DNA from: Octopus bimaculoides
Lineage: Eukaryota
Direction of reading: 5' to 3'
DNA: 62,123 nt
NCBI RefSeq assembly: GCF_001194135.2
Contig: NC_068996.1
Span: 31,915,412-31,977,534 of the forward strand
The notes under the pieces are model-generated. The model was given only the letters and a program-made list of their open reading frames with translations. It ran no database searches and was not told the origin of the DNA. Shown here piece by piece: positions 11,271 to 24,189 of the stretch. The position numbers and the translations under genes are program-made. Within the stretch, counting starts at the first letter, position 1. Each line of letters opens with the position of its first letter.

Positions 11271-12125
11271 TTTTCCTAATTTAAATTCTTCCTTTGAAGA
11301 AGAGTCTAGTTTCTAACAAAGATACAAAGCTTCATCTTTAAAACGTAGATAAAAACAATGCCACATTTGAAACTTGAGAAAAGTCTTGCATAGTTTTACC
11401 GTTCCGTTCACAGATTGTAGCTGTAATATGAGAGTCAGTTGGTTGATTTCTTTTTTATGATGATCCAAGCTTACCCAGACTGACGGTTAGGCATTTACTT
11501 ATAAAATCAAGTGCTCCAATTATTATTGGTATAAATGTGAATTTGTAATCCGAGTATAGAAGCTGGAGGTTGTTCAAAGTTATCCTCTTTCTCTTTGATT
11601 TTCAGAGATATTCAGATCAGCTGGACAGCTGACCTCTATGACAGTACATACTTTTCCTTGACTGCCCCAAACAACAATACTCGGCCAGTTTTGCTTACAT
11701 TTGATAGATGTTTTATATATATTTCAGGATAGTCTATTCACCGGATGGCATCGTATATTGTTTTTGCGACAACGTCGTGTTCCATAGGGAGGAAGTACCT
11801 TGATGACATTCTTAGGCAGCTGCTAATCACATGTCTGATATCTTCCCTTAGAAATATGACATGTTCTACATTTTCGGTTGCTTTACTGTCTCTTTTGTTG
11901 ATTAGTTATTTAATAGCAATCTTCTGTTCGAGGATTGCAAATGCATAGCTTTCGAAGTGTGATGTGATGTAATGGTCACGAGTCCAAACGAGACTTATGC
12001 TGAACGTTACACCTCCGGGTCTCCTTTGAGGAATGCTGGTCCGGCTGATTTTGGGTTGTAAGGGAGGTCACTAGGAAGAGAGTACTTTCTGAGAAGCTCA
12101 CGTCCAAAACGTAAGATATTGTTTT
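11271..12125 (-). mobile_element. RLE-class (R4/Dong-like) LINE 3' fragment
   Basis: Minus strand: FESYAFAILEQKIA; YFLPMEHDVVAKTIYDAI; NWPSIVVW..VIEVSCPADLNI (PD-(D/E)XK-type nuclease remnant); LQLLYSDYKFTFIPIIIGAL; TVKLCKTFLKF. Confidence 0.75.
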
Positions 12126-12194
12126 CTTCACTTTTCAGCACTATGTATGCATGTATTTATGTGTGTATGTATGTATGTATGTATGTATGCATGG

Positions 12195-12227
<33 letters not shown>

Positions 12228-12478
12228 TGAATTATTTGAGAGAGTGAGTTAGGGAAGTAGATAAGTATGTGTATACATAAATATGAACATGTGTGTGTGT
12301 TTCTGTGTGTGGAAAGAGAGGTAGAGATAAATATATGTATATTCCATTGAATTAATGAACGGAAGAAAAAGTACTTGATACCATGATAGAGTATATTATA
12401 TTTCAGTTGATAAAGTAGCCTGACGCACTGGATATTTTCCTGCGAGCAGCCGTTTCCACATACAGTAAAAACCTGAAC

Positions 12479-12903
12479 GGTGAGAAAGCACAAGTTTGCT
12501 CCCCAACTACGTAGTTCCCAGTTCTGTCCTGCTGCGTGGCACCTTGGGAAAGCAGACCAGGGCCTTGTGACTATTTTGTAAGAGAAAGAAGCATGTCGTA
12601 CACACTCGCACGCACACACGCATATACACACAAACACACACAACACACAGACAACCACACAAACACGCATACGCATATACATACACAGACACACACACAC
12701 ACATGCATGTGTGTGTATTTGACACCCTCCACTGTTTGACAACCTGTGTTTGTGTGTTTACGTTCCTGTAACTTAGCGGTTCGGCAAAAGATATCGATGG
12801 AATAAGTACAAAGTTCTGGAGTCGATTCAGTCAACTAAAATTTCTTCACGGCGGTGCCCTAGCATGGCCACAGTCAAATGACTAAATTAAGTAAAAGATA
12901 AAA
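12479..12903 (+). mobile_element. Diverged octopus-type tRNA-derived CORE-like SINE (family A) with internal CA microsatellite
   Basis: Head ctgcgtggcaccttggg; 3' half ttgacaacc...cttagcggttcggcaaaag...ggcggtgccctagcatggccacagtcaaatgact...taaaagataaaa. Confidence 0.8.
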
Positions 12904-13265
12904 TCTATATATATGACTTCCCAAACCAGTTGTCGAATATCTCACCCGTGAGGGATCGATGTTAGATGTGTCAAAACAATTGTGATTAATAAATATTCTA
13001 GTATCTTCTATCTTCCATCTCTTTCATTAACCAAATAGACAACGAACACTGTAAATGGGAATATGTTTTACCAATAAGCTCCCAGGTATATACCATAGAT
13101 TTCATTATCTAATATATATGAAATATTTCAACTGCTAAAAGGCAAATTAACTGCAGTTACTGTCGAGAAAATATCTCTTATGGTAAAAATTTGTGGAAAC
13201 ACCCGGTTTGTTCAGTGTCGCCATCTATCAGGAATCCTAGACATCGACGTTTCAAGATTTTGATT

Positions 13266-13268
<3 letters not shown>

Positions 13269-13323
<55 letters not shown>
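13269..13323. repeat. (CA)n microsatellite
   Basis: Direct reading. Confidence 0.97.
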
Positions 13324-13325
<2 letters not shown>

Positions 13326-14611
13326 TACTCACATGCACAACTTTAGTCATGACCTACCGTCAAAAGTAAATATAATAGTAACAAGACGAAAAAAAGTGAT
13401 GTAAGAGCTGGGTAGAAAAGCAATTCATGGAGGTAAGAATTAACGCTCACTGATAAAATGAAGAGTATTACGTGAACAAAGAAGTGTGTCGTCTCAATCA
13501 CTGACTGGCAGTGAAATACAGAAAAATGGGGTATGCGAGGAGATTAGTGGTGGCCTCTTATTGTAATTAACCCAAAATCAAATCTAAAAGTCAAATAGTA
13601 GAGCATCGAAAATAAATGGGCACTCTGTACAGACTGTGGTGGGACAGTTATTGATGTTGACATTCCATTTCGATACACTTATGTGCACAAGATTTTCTGC
13701 TGAAGTAGCATAGCACTCCTAGCTTTAATATTAAATGGTTGTTTGATACAGATAACGATTTAATTATGAAACTGTACGCCACCAAAACATTCCATCCGTT
13801 GATTCAATATAATACAAATATCATACAAGACAAAATAAAATAATGCAATTCAAAAACATTCAATATGACAATATCTAGTTACTTACGAATTTGTATTACA
13901 ATAATCCTGTCGTGACATACAAGTATCGGATGTAAAATGTAGAGCACAAATGAAATTGTGGAACGCCTATATAGCTGTAGCAACTTAGGAATGTTATTAC
14001 CTATATCTGGTAAGGAAATGCATCTTTATTAGGATTAAGGAACATTTAGCTTTTGACACGTATGAATGAATAAAAGATTGATTCATGAGTTTCCTACTGA
14101 CTCGTTTATCCAGTCTTGATCGGACAGCTATATCAAATATATGCATGTCTGAAGATAAACTGAAGATGCATTTATTTTATCTTTTACATGTTAATTACAT
14201 TAAGCAGATGTATGGAATCTTTGTTAATGTAAATGATTTCTTCGTCACTTTGTTGAACATGTTTGTGTGAAAAAAAAATACATTAAAAACAAGTTCGGTT
14301 ATACATATTATATTATATATATTAAATTGCATTATATTATATTCTTAAAGTATAACAGTCTAAATATATTGACTGCCATTTTTCTTTATAATACTAAATA
14401 CGAATCCACAAAAATGTAAGGTAGGGTGCAAATCACAGAGTTAAGGGATCAGATCATATTGTCCAGAGATAGGAATGCAAAATAATTCATTGTACATAGC
14501 TTAGGAACTCTGGATTACACAATTTGCCATCTATATATAAATTGGACGTATCTTTATGAAAGTAGGAAACCTTTCACTTTATATTCCCTTTTATACAGTG
14601 GTCATTAACAT

Positions 14612-15029
14612 TCTTTTACTCTTTTACTTGTTTCAGTCATTTGACTGCAGCCATGCTGGAGCACCGCCTTTAGTCGAAGAAATCGACCCTAGGACTTATT
14701 CTTTGTAAGCCTAGTACTTATTCTATCGGTCTCTTTTGCCGAACCGCTAAGTTACGGGGACGTAAACACACCGGCATCGGTTGTCAAGCGATGTTGGGGG
14801 GGGGGACAAACGCAGACACACAAACATATACACACACATACATATATATATATATATACATATATATGACGGGCTTCTTTCAGTTTCCGTCTACCAAATC
14901 CACTTACAAGGCTTTGGTCGGCCCGAGGCTATAGTAGAAGACACTTGCTCAAAGTGCCACGCAGTAGGACTGAACCCAGAACCATGTGGTTGGTAAGCAA
15001 GCTACTTACCATACAGCCACTCCTTCGCC
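14612..15029 (-). mobile_element. SINE family A, full length
   Basis: Head GGCGAAGGAGTGGCTGTATGGTAAG (A-box-like) and GGTTCAGTCC (B-box-like); internal TA/TG microsatellite; (GTAAAAGA) tail. Closely similar to the copy at 41671-42299. Confidence 0.92.
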
Positions 15030-15129
15030 CATTGGAAGTTTTTCATAGAAGTTCACCTCTTTGTAGTCCTATGACTACTGTTTTTATCTTAATTACGCGT
15101 AAACTAACCAGGTTCGATGCTTCTAGAGC

Positions 15130-15770
15130 AACAGTGATTTTCTAACGTTCAAAATAATATTGATGCCAGCGTGCATCAAAGTGGTATAATATCTACCGAA
15201 TTCCAGGTAGTTGGAGAAATAGGTACTAAGAAAAGAAGCGACCTAACTCCACGATATCAAACTGAATAAATTTACGGTAAAATTTTGTTTTCGATATTAT
15301 TGAACTAATTAATGATGATATTACAAATTCTATTGTCTTAAACGGGCATCTTCCATGATCCTTGACGATATTAATACCATGACGCATTCATGCTCGCTAC
15401 ATCTAATTCATTTAACATTGTGTTGCTTAACCTGCATCTAGAGTTACCGATTAAATTATTTTTACGCTGTTTCAATAAACAATACAACGTGCATGTGCTT
15501 AAGCTTGCTAGTTTGAAAGTCTTAGTCTTTTTGTATCTGTTCATGATGCAAAAGGTTTTCGGAATTACTTCTATCAGACTCGCATCTGCACGACTTTTCT
15601 GTGAGTTCATCTTGAAAACTTCATGTGGTTACTATGTCTTTCTTTCGTATGTGACTGATCAAATTTGTCTCCACATTTTTATTTTGTAAGAATTTCTTTT
15701 GTTTTTGTATCTACGTGTAAACTGGAAGATTCTTTATCGAAGGAGTAAACGTTTCGCTTTACGTGTCTAA
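15130..15770 (-). mobile_element. Penelope-like element RT N-terminal fragment, decayed
   Basis: LLKQRKNNLIGNSRCRLSNT (like TLKDHKENF.N.P.CRLINP); KFIQFDIVE; IILNVRKSLL. Confidence 0.65.
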
Positions 15771-15856
15771 GGACTTACCTTCTTCTCAATAAGTTGTCTG
15801 GTATACAGCTTTCTTTGTAATGAAATACACAAAATTCAATGATGCACCATACTGTG

Positions 15857-16365
15857 CCAACCAACCAACCAACCAACCAACCAACCAACCAACCAACCAA
15901 CCAACCGACCGACCAACCGACCAACCAGTCAACCAACATACCAATCAACCCACCAACCAACCAACATACCAAATAACCAACCGACCAACCGAACAACCGA
16001 CCGACCGACCGACCGACCGACCGACCAACCAACCAACATACCAACCAACCAACATANNNNNNNNNNNNNNNNNNNNNNNNNNNNNNNNNACCAACCAATC
16101 AACCAACCAACCGACCGACCAACCAACCAGTCAACCAACCAACCTACCAGCCAACATATCAACCAACCAGCATACCAATCAACTAACATACCAACCAACC
16201 AACCAACCAACCAACCAACCAACCAACCAACCAACCAACCAACCATCCAACCAAACAACCGACCAACAAACCAACCATCCAACCAACCAGCCAACCAACC
16301 AGCCAACCAACCAACAAATCAACCAACCAACATACCAACCAACCAGTCGACCAACCAGTAACGAA
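15857..16365. repeat. Degenerate (AACC)n tetranucleotide array
   Basis: Direct reading; contains a small gap. Confidence 0.95.
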
Positions 16366-16889
16366 CACCCGAGTGATATCCTATTCTTGGATCACCTTGA
16401 TCATTGTATTTGAATTTTTGCCTTTTGTGCTACTTATGATTGTATATGTCGGAATTTCAAGGTTATATATACTGAATTTTAAGCCTTCTGATTGTTAAAT
16501 ATTCTGACCGGCTACTGAATGTTTTGATCTGCACTCTACAATAGATATTCGAGACTCGTATTTAATTTCTCTACATTTATCACAGGTATTTTGTACCCAG
16601 TATATTATGATATTTTATATTGCATTGAATGGCATTGAATTGGATTAATTTATTTGGTTGATGTATTAATTATATTATGTTGAAATATCAGGTGGCACTT
16701 TTAAATGTCATACAATTTCATGAGAGTGCCAGCACTCCCATCCCCGTAAATGCTTACCTAGTGCAAAAGCTGGTGTATGCTACTCTAGAGCACAAAAAAT
16801 CGCGTGCAATATGATACGCCGAAGCTCATAGTGAATACGTAATTGTCCGTGCTATTCTGTTATGAAAATAATGGACTTCTTAAGGTGTT

Positions 16890-17240
16890 CATTTATCAGT
16901 TCCAGTTTCTGAGTTTTAGTCGAAGACATCGACTCCAGGACTTAATAAGCCTTCTACTTATTCTATCAGCCTCTTTTGCCGAACTTCTAAGTTACGGAGA
17001 CATAAATATATCAACATCCGTTGTCAAGCGATGGTGGGGGACAAACAGAGACACAAAAACTCACACACACATATATATATACGACGGGCTTCTTTCAGTT
17101 TCCGTCTATCAAATTCTCTGCAACGCTTTGGTCGGGCCGAGGCTTTAGTAGAAGACACTTGCCCAAGGTGCCACGCAGTGGGACTGAACCTGGAGCCATG
17201 TGGTTTGGAAGCCAGCTTCTTACCACACGGCCACGCCTGC
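16890..17240 (-). mobile_element. SINE family A, 3'-deleted copy
   Basis: Head GCAGGCGTGGCCGTGTGGTAAG, same body as 14612-15029. Confidence 0.9.
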
Positions 17241-17277
17241 AAAAAATTGTTCAGCTTCAGTTTCCACGTTTGATTGA

Positions 17278-17365
17278 AAATCCGCCGGGGCCTGTTGCTT
17301 CATTTCTCTCACTGCGCTCGATAAAAGAAGTACCAGGCAGGGACTGAGATCGATTCACGTAACTA
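17278..17365 (+). mobile_element. Fragment of a second SINE family (family B)
   Basis: aaatccgccggggcc...tcgataaaagaagtaccagg...ctgagatcgat; similar to 40405-40480 and to the reverse complement of 29882-29968. Confidence 0.4.
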
Positions 17366-17787
17366 CGCTCTTCATTGTACATGTGTAACTTTGCGCCAAG
17401 CGAGAAAGACAGAGTATAGACTAAACACTTTTATAGCTAGATCTTGTAGACTATTTGTTACATTTAAGCTAATTGTTATGATATTATGAAGAAAGTGAAT
17501 AAAAGTACGAGTAAATGTAACAGAAACCCACAAAAAATACAAAATCTTCATTAGCAATGAGCGACCAATTATCACATACGCTATTGATCGTATACAATCA
17601 TTCACTCTACTTTAATAGTCAACACATGAATATTAGCTGTTCAATCTCGCAAACTGACTTACAAGCGCGTATATAGAAATGAGCATCCGCGTACGCGCAA
17701 ACAGACAGACATACACACACACACACACATGCACACACACACACACTCACATATATATATGCATACTCACACACTCATTCAGATATA

Positions 17788-18275
17788 CCGTAAATCCTCG
17801 AGTATAGTCCGCCCTTGAGTATAATACGCAGGGGATTTTTAGGGGGCTGTACCTCTGAAAAACCTAAACCTTGTGTATAATACGCACCCCTTCTCTAACT
17901 TGAGTCAAGGAGGTCTATATAACGTCCTTGGTTTGTAAACATATATACAGTAACGACCTTTATAATTATTGTATATATAACATAATGCAAACGTGCAGCT
18001 TTTTTGTGCACTTTGTTTGCAGAAAATAAAGAAATAACAGTAACAACGTCAGTGAAAAATAAATATTAAGTATATTGCTTTTACATATTTATCACTATCA
18101 GTTACAAGCCCGACATCACAAAATGCGTCTGAATAAACATTGCCGGACAGCAAATAGAGACTCGGACATTGCTTAGAAAATATTTTTCATTTTTAACTTC
18201 GTATATAGTGCGCACTAGGGATTTTGACCTTTAAATTTTTGGAAAAAAATGCGGATAATACTCGAGGATTTACAG
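17788..18275. mobile_element. Tc1/mariner-superfamily (Tc2/pogo-like) MITE, 488 bp
   Basis: 25-bp TIRs CCGTAAATCCTCGAGTATAGTCCGC and CTGTAAATCCTCGAGTATTATCCGC (22/25); TA on both flanks; subterminal gtataatacgca motifs; no ORF. Confidence 0.88.
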
Positions 18276-18301
18276 TATATACCTAAAGTATATACATATA
18301 T

Positions 18302-18487
18302 TTTTTATCTTTTACTTGTCTGAGTCATTGGACTGAAGTTATGGTGAGGCATCACCTTGAAAGATTTTAGTCAGTTGAATCGAACTCAAGTTACGTTTTT
18401 TTTAAAGCCTGGTACTTTTCTGTACGTGGATATAAACAAACCAGCACCGATTTGTCTTGTAAGCGCTGGTGGTGGACAAACAAAAGC
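18302..18487 (-). mobile_element. SINE family A 3' half, diverged
   Basis: tcttttacttgtctgagtcattggactg...aagcgctggtggtggacaaac. Confidence 0.7.
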
Positions 18488-18566
18488 TCAAGGTTATAAG
18501 CATATATTTATATTATAGTACATTATATTATATTATATATGTAGGTATGTAAGTATGTATGTATAA

Positions 18567-18818
18567 GCTGAAAAAAGTTATAATTCACAGTTAGCAAATG
18601 GGGTTGCTGTGTTTGCGAATAAAATTCCAAATTTAGGGAAATGAGCAGGTAAAATCCAGGCTACATATCTTTCCTAGTCAGTAGAGCCTTCGAAGTGGTA
18701 ATTACTCAACGAAGAGTATTCCGATACCTACCATAAAGCCAAAAATACCTCAGTCAAATGAAGGTTACATTGTCATCAAGGGGTCCCATGTTAACTCGCA
18801 GGAGGTTTGATTGAAAAT
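18567..18818 (-). pseudogene. Copy 1 of coding-like relic (tentatively Mab-21/cGAS-like)
   Basis: Inverted homolog of 20655-20915; minus strand reads RYVAWILPAHFPKFGILFANTATPFANCEL*. The duplication is clear; the family assignment is tentative. Confidence 0.4.
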
Positions 18819-19399
18819 GCGTGGAAAGCACAGAGCGAGAAAACAAAAAGGAAAGCATGTGAAGAAGTAAAATATAGTCGTTGGCAAAGCTCTAAAATTG
18901 TTAAGAAAAAGAAAAAGAATACGAATTAATAAAAAAGGAGAGGGAGAAGAGTAGCGGGAAAAAGCTTGGTACCTTTGAAGCCATCTAGGGGAAAGTCTTC
19001 GTGAATTAAAGCTGGCGTCATTTATTATGTCTACTGTAAAATGAATAAATAATTATATTGTGGCACCATGTAAATACATTTAAACAGAGTCAAAGAAAAA
19101 TAAAAGTGAAGAATGTCAGGATGGGGAGAGAAAGAGAAGATATAGTAGTGGTAGAAAACTAGAATTTGTTAGAAGAGCGGGAGAAAGAAAGAGAGGTGGA
19201 AGATGTTTCTGGTCAGTAGAAAAACATAAGAGTTCAAGGTAAGTTGGTAGTTTATCGCTTAACAGTAAAATTATACAAGCGCATATGAGCGCAGACGCAG
19301 GTAGACTGCAATTAAAAATTAGATGGTTTCGTTCATTCAGACGATTAGTGGATTGCATAATGAAAAAGACTTTGGCGATGCATAGATCGCATTTGTTGT

Positions 19400-20655
19400 T
19401 ATAACAGTTATATGATTTGGCATGGGTAACTGTGGACCATTTAAAATTATAAGGAATTGAGTTTTGTTTTAGGTTCTGAATTGACTAAGATAAAGTTAGT
19501 TCTTGCTGAATTGACTAAGATAAAGCTAGAATAGTGGCTACCACTCGGGCTTTGAAGATGGTGCTGCACGATCCGATGTATACATAATTAGAATTCTCAG
19601 CTAATACCGTGCATTTGTCTACTATACTTTTTGTGAGGCATCTGTTATCTAGAGGACAGAAAGTGGGGCGTCTACAGCTGCATAGGATTCTAGAAGATGC
19701 TGGAGATGAATTTACAGGGTTCTGGTTATCTAGTGTTAACCTGGTGTTATATTTATTATCCATCGCGGCGTTAGGATTGATATTTTTTAGGGTATTGAGT
19801 GAGTCGTCAGGCGGTGTAGTTTATGATTGTTCTCGTTTCTAATATTATTTCCATCATTCCTTGTTGCATATCATGGTCCGTTTATTCCGGTTAAGAGGGT
19901 CACCCGAGTATAGCTTAGGGTATAGAGGTGCGCGCTGGTGCTGATTTCGATGGGCAGCGGAAGATTTGGAATCCATGATCACAGGGTGGGAGGAGTACCC
20001 ATTGGGTTTGCTTCTACGATAAAATTTGAGGAAATAGAGGGACAGTAAAATACAGGGAATACTTCGTGCTTTATCTAAAATGGCAAATGTATCCATGGTG
20101 CCGGGTTTAGTGGAGGGAGGGTCGCTTCATATAGGGATGTAGTCGATCGGATTCTTATATCCGGCACGTTTAAAGCACAGTTATAATATTCAGCGTATTG
20201 ATCGAATATTTCTTTACTGGCGGATAAGGGTGAACTCCTGTAATATACGCTGTCCACGATGGATTTTAGGACAGAGGTGGGTGGGGGCGTGATTGGAGGA
20301 AAAGTTAGCATAATTAGGGTTCTCATCGGGTTTATGGTAGGGTAGAATGTGCTGTTTTGTAAATCTAGAGTGATATCTAGGAAATTAGAAGTTTTAATAC
20401 TGTAACTGAAGGTGACGCTAAGGCCTACATTTAAAATAAATCTGATTCTTTTCCTGATTTGTTCTATTTCGTGGTTACTTGAGTTCTGAAACGCAAACAG
20501 AGCATCATCCCTATATAGACCACCAGAGATATTAGGGAATTGATCCCGGAGACCATGAGGCAGATAACAACCTACGCAGTCGGTAACTTGGGCCGAGTCA
20601 CTTGCCCACAATGGGATATCAAAATAGTTAGGCGTGTTTTTACGGGCCCCAAATT
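19400..20655 (-). mobile_element. Penelope-like element: RT C-terminus and GIY-YIG endonuclease, 5'-truncated
   Basis: YFDIP..SDSAQVTDCVGCYL; GGLYRDDAL; NFLDITLDL; SNHAP (alternate frame); CPLDNRCLTKSIV..CTV..YVYIGSC..FKAR. Confidence 0.88.
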
Positions 20656-21044
20656 TTCCGATCAAATCTCTTGTGAACTAACACGAAACCCTTGACAACA
20701 ATGTAACCTTCATTTGACTAAGGCATTTTAGACCCGATGTGTAGCTAGCGAAGTACTTCTCGTTGAGTAATTACTGCTTCTGGGGTACTGTTAGCTAGGA
20801 AACATATGTGGCTTGGATTTTACCAACTCCATTTATTAAATTTGAATGTTTATTCGCATATACAGCAACCCCAGTTGCTAACCGTGAACTATAAAATAAT
20901 TTTTTTCAGCTGAATGCGAAGATAACAAAAATTGGCGAAGAGTAGCACAACAGTTTTGCTATGGAATGGTGAAACTACTCTTTCCTGAAAAATCAACGTC
21001 TTGGACTTTCAACACTTTTACATAATAGCAACGACATATACATA

Positions 21045-21045
<1 letters not shown>
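20655..21045 (+). pseudogene. Copy 2 of coding-like relic (tentatively Mab-21/cGAS-like)
   Basis: TYVAWILPTPFIKFECLFAYTATPVANREL*, then after a frameshift SAECEDNKNWRRVAQQFCYGMVKL. Confidence 0.4.
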
Positions 21046-21081
<36 letters not shown>

Positions 21082-24000
21082 ATAGATTCATATATGCTTA
21101 TCTGTTATATTTACTACATTTGTAAAACAGAAGAGAGTACTGCACATGGTCTCTAATAAACGTTGTCATCTATATAGTATCCTGCATACCTTACTGCAAT
21201 GAGATCAGCTTTTTCTATCATACGTCTTGTTTCATAAATTGGTTGATTGAATTATTGAAAGTTAAATTTTGGGACTTCATAATTTGTATATGGGATACGA
21301 TCCGTCGAACCAAATTAACAAAGTTGCTAGTCATCGGATAATAAGAAACTACGGCATTTTCAAACGTCATTCCCTCAAATCATTATATAACCTCGCCTCT
21401 GCAAGTCAAGAAACTCTAATTAAAAAGAGAATGAAAATATAAATATCGAATTAATACGAGTTTAAAAAACAATTGGTAATGTTGAACGCCAAAGTGTCTG
21501 TACTTCTGTATTGAAATATGACATTAAAAAGAAACTAATTTCTCATTTTCATTTCGACCCACCGGGAAAATATCTAGCTGTTTACATAGCTTTATCTATT
21601 TGTTAACATAGTAATCACCATTTATTAACACAATAACAACTATTTAGTAATATCTAACTCCTAACGCATAATGTAACGTTACCAATCTACTGAACAAAAG
21701 TGATAATCTTGCTATTAACATGATAATCTCCCTATATAACATGATAGCTTCGATAAGATCGTAAGATCTGTCTTCAAGAACACTTCTTGCATTAATATAT
21801 GCAAAAGTAATGTAAGGAGCGTATGGTATTATTTCATATATTTATTAGTAAGTCTGATTAATGGCATATCATACTTCTTCATAAAATATACGTATGTTAG
21901 AATACTGTGAGCTTCTCTAACACATCGGGTTTCATTTCATAGCGTAACATAAACTAATATATTGTTCTATTACTGCATCCATGTAGATATTATATTACAA
22001 CATTTCAAGAAATAAATAATATCTCATAAATGTTTACAATTTTCATGATGAGCGCCGTAGAATTATAGTATGCAAGCAGCCGTGCTACTATAAAGTTGTT
22101 CACACTAAATAAATACGTACATACATACACACACATGTATGTGCGTGTATGTATGTATACGTACATATATGTGTGTGTGAGTTTGTTTACGTGCAAGTGC
22201 GTGTGCGTGTGTGCATGTATATATATAAATATAAATGTGTATATATATATANNNNNNNNNNNNNNNNNNNNNNNNNNNNNNNNNNNNNNNNNNNNNNNNN
22301 NNNNNNNNNNNNNNNNNNNNNNNNNNNNNNNNNNNNNNNNNNNNNNNNNNNNNNNNNNNNNNNNNNNNNNNNNNNNNNNNNNNNNNNNNNNNNNNNNNNN
22401 NNNNNNNNNNNNNNNNNNNNNNNNNNNNNNNNNNNNNNNNNNNNNNNNNNNNNNNNNNNNNNNNNNNNNNNNNNNNNNNNNNNNNNNNNNNNNNNNNNNN
22501 NNNNNNNNNNNNNNNNNNNNNNNNNNNNNNNNNNNNNNNNNNNNNNNNNNNNNNNNNNNNNNNNNNNNNNNNNNNNNNNNNNNNNNNNNNNNNNNNNNNN
22601 NNNNNNNNNNNNNNNNNNNNNNNNNNNNNNNNNNNNNNNNNNNNNNNNNNNNNNNNNNNNNNNNNNNNNNNNNNNNNNNNNNNNNNNNNNNNNNNNNNNN
22701 NNNNNNNNNNNNNNNNNNNNNNNNNNNNNNNNNNNNNNNNNNNNNNNNNNNNNNNNNNNNNNNNNNNNNNNNNNNNNNNNNNNNNNNNNNNNNNNNNNNN
22801 NNNNNNNNNNNNNNNNNNNNNNNNNNNNNNNNNNNNNNNNNNNNNNNNNNNNNNNNNNNNNNNNNNNNNNNNNNNNNNNNNNNNNNNNNNNNNNNNNNNN
22901 NNNNNNNNNNNNNNNNNNNNNNNNNNNNNNNNNNNNNNNNNNNNNNNNNNNNNNNNNNNNNNNNNNNNNNNNNNNNNNATATATATGGTATTTATATAAG
23001 CCTAAAGCTTATAGCGATCACCGTGCAATGACTAGGTAAAATAGTCTAATAATGGGGCAAATAAGCACCCGACAGAAAAAGTATGCTTTCCTACATTTAG
23101 TCGCGTTAACAAAGGGATGTGTGTTCGAGTCACACGCGGATAGGAAAACCAACTTATGCCCCACATTCAATGGTCAAACAGCGGCTATCTTCCCGCGATG
23201 CTTCGGATGCAAATTTATCACGGACCATGACATCCTTCTCTGCAGTCAATTTGATACGCAAACTGTCCCAATGTTGCCTAAAAAAACAAAATAATCTTGA
23301 ATGATCTTGAAACAATGCATGCAATCAAACAACAAGTTTCAACATCCTAATTATAGGTCATGAAACCATCTTTCAACAGGTAAAAACGGGAGACTTCTTT
23401 CAGAGAGAGTTGGATTATTGAACCCACACACAGCGTGCTTCATTCTTCATTTTAATTGAAACCAACCCAACGTCTCCCAAACGGATGTCGAACTGAAAGC
23501 ACATCGTTAGAAGCACAAATTGTTTCAAGAATGACCTGCAAATATTATGAAAGTAGAGATTAGGACCTCAGCCCTAAATAAAGAGACAGTAGAGCTATAC
23601 GTTAAAACAAAATCATTGAAGTAAAGAAAATAACTATCCTTTAAAAACATTACATCCAGATGCCGAATTCTTAAAATGCTTATAAAGACACAATATTTTT
23701 TTTAAGTGCAAACGCTTTGTATTTCATGCAGACACCAAGGAATAGATCATCTTGTCTGGGAAATTAGACACATATTTTAAGCAATGTTAATATTTGGGAA
23801 GAGGAGTGGCAGAATATGACCTCCAGTAATTTATTCGAGCTCTTTAGTTTTAAGCCCAAATACCAACAATATGAAGTTTGGAAGCATAGAACGAAATGAA
23901 TTTTCTTACCAGACAGGCAAGAATAACTTGTCTTAACTATACTCATCAGGAAAATATTTCTTTCCTTTCCTATGAATCTGTAGGTATCGTCCTAGAACAC

Positions 24001-24189
24001 GGAAATGAAATGGCAGAAAGGAATATATATGCATGTATGTATATATGTTATATATATATATAAAACTGACAACGTTTATTAGAGACCATGCGCAGTACCC
24101 GCTTCGGTTTTCTAAATGTAGTAAATATAGCAGATGCATATATGTATGCATACACACACACACACACACACACATCATTGATATCATGT

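Noticed and set aside
13380-13570. Possible RTE 3' remnant (SITDWQ)
   Set aside because: A single weak motif.
15775-16413. TNQP/WLVG-repeat ORFs, and the many YIYI, CVCV, ERER, poly-L/T/I ORFs elsewhere
   Set aside because: Translations of microsatellites.
20791-20801. Shared tag|GAA in relic copies 1 and 2 read as a splice acceptor
   Set aside because: Homology and coding-like pattern continue upstream, so a shared nonsense mutation explains it equally well; not called.
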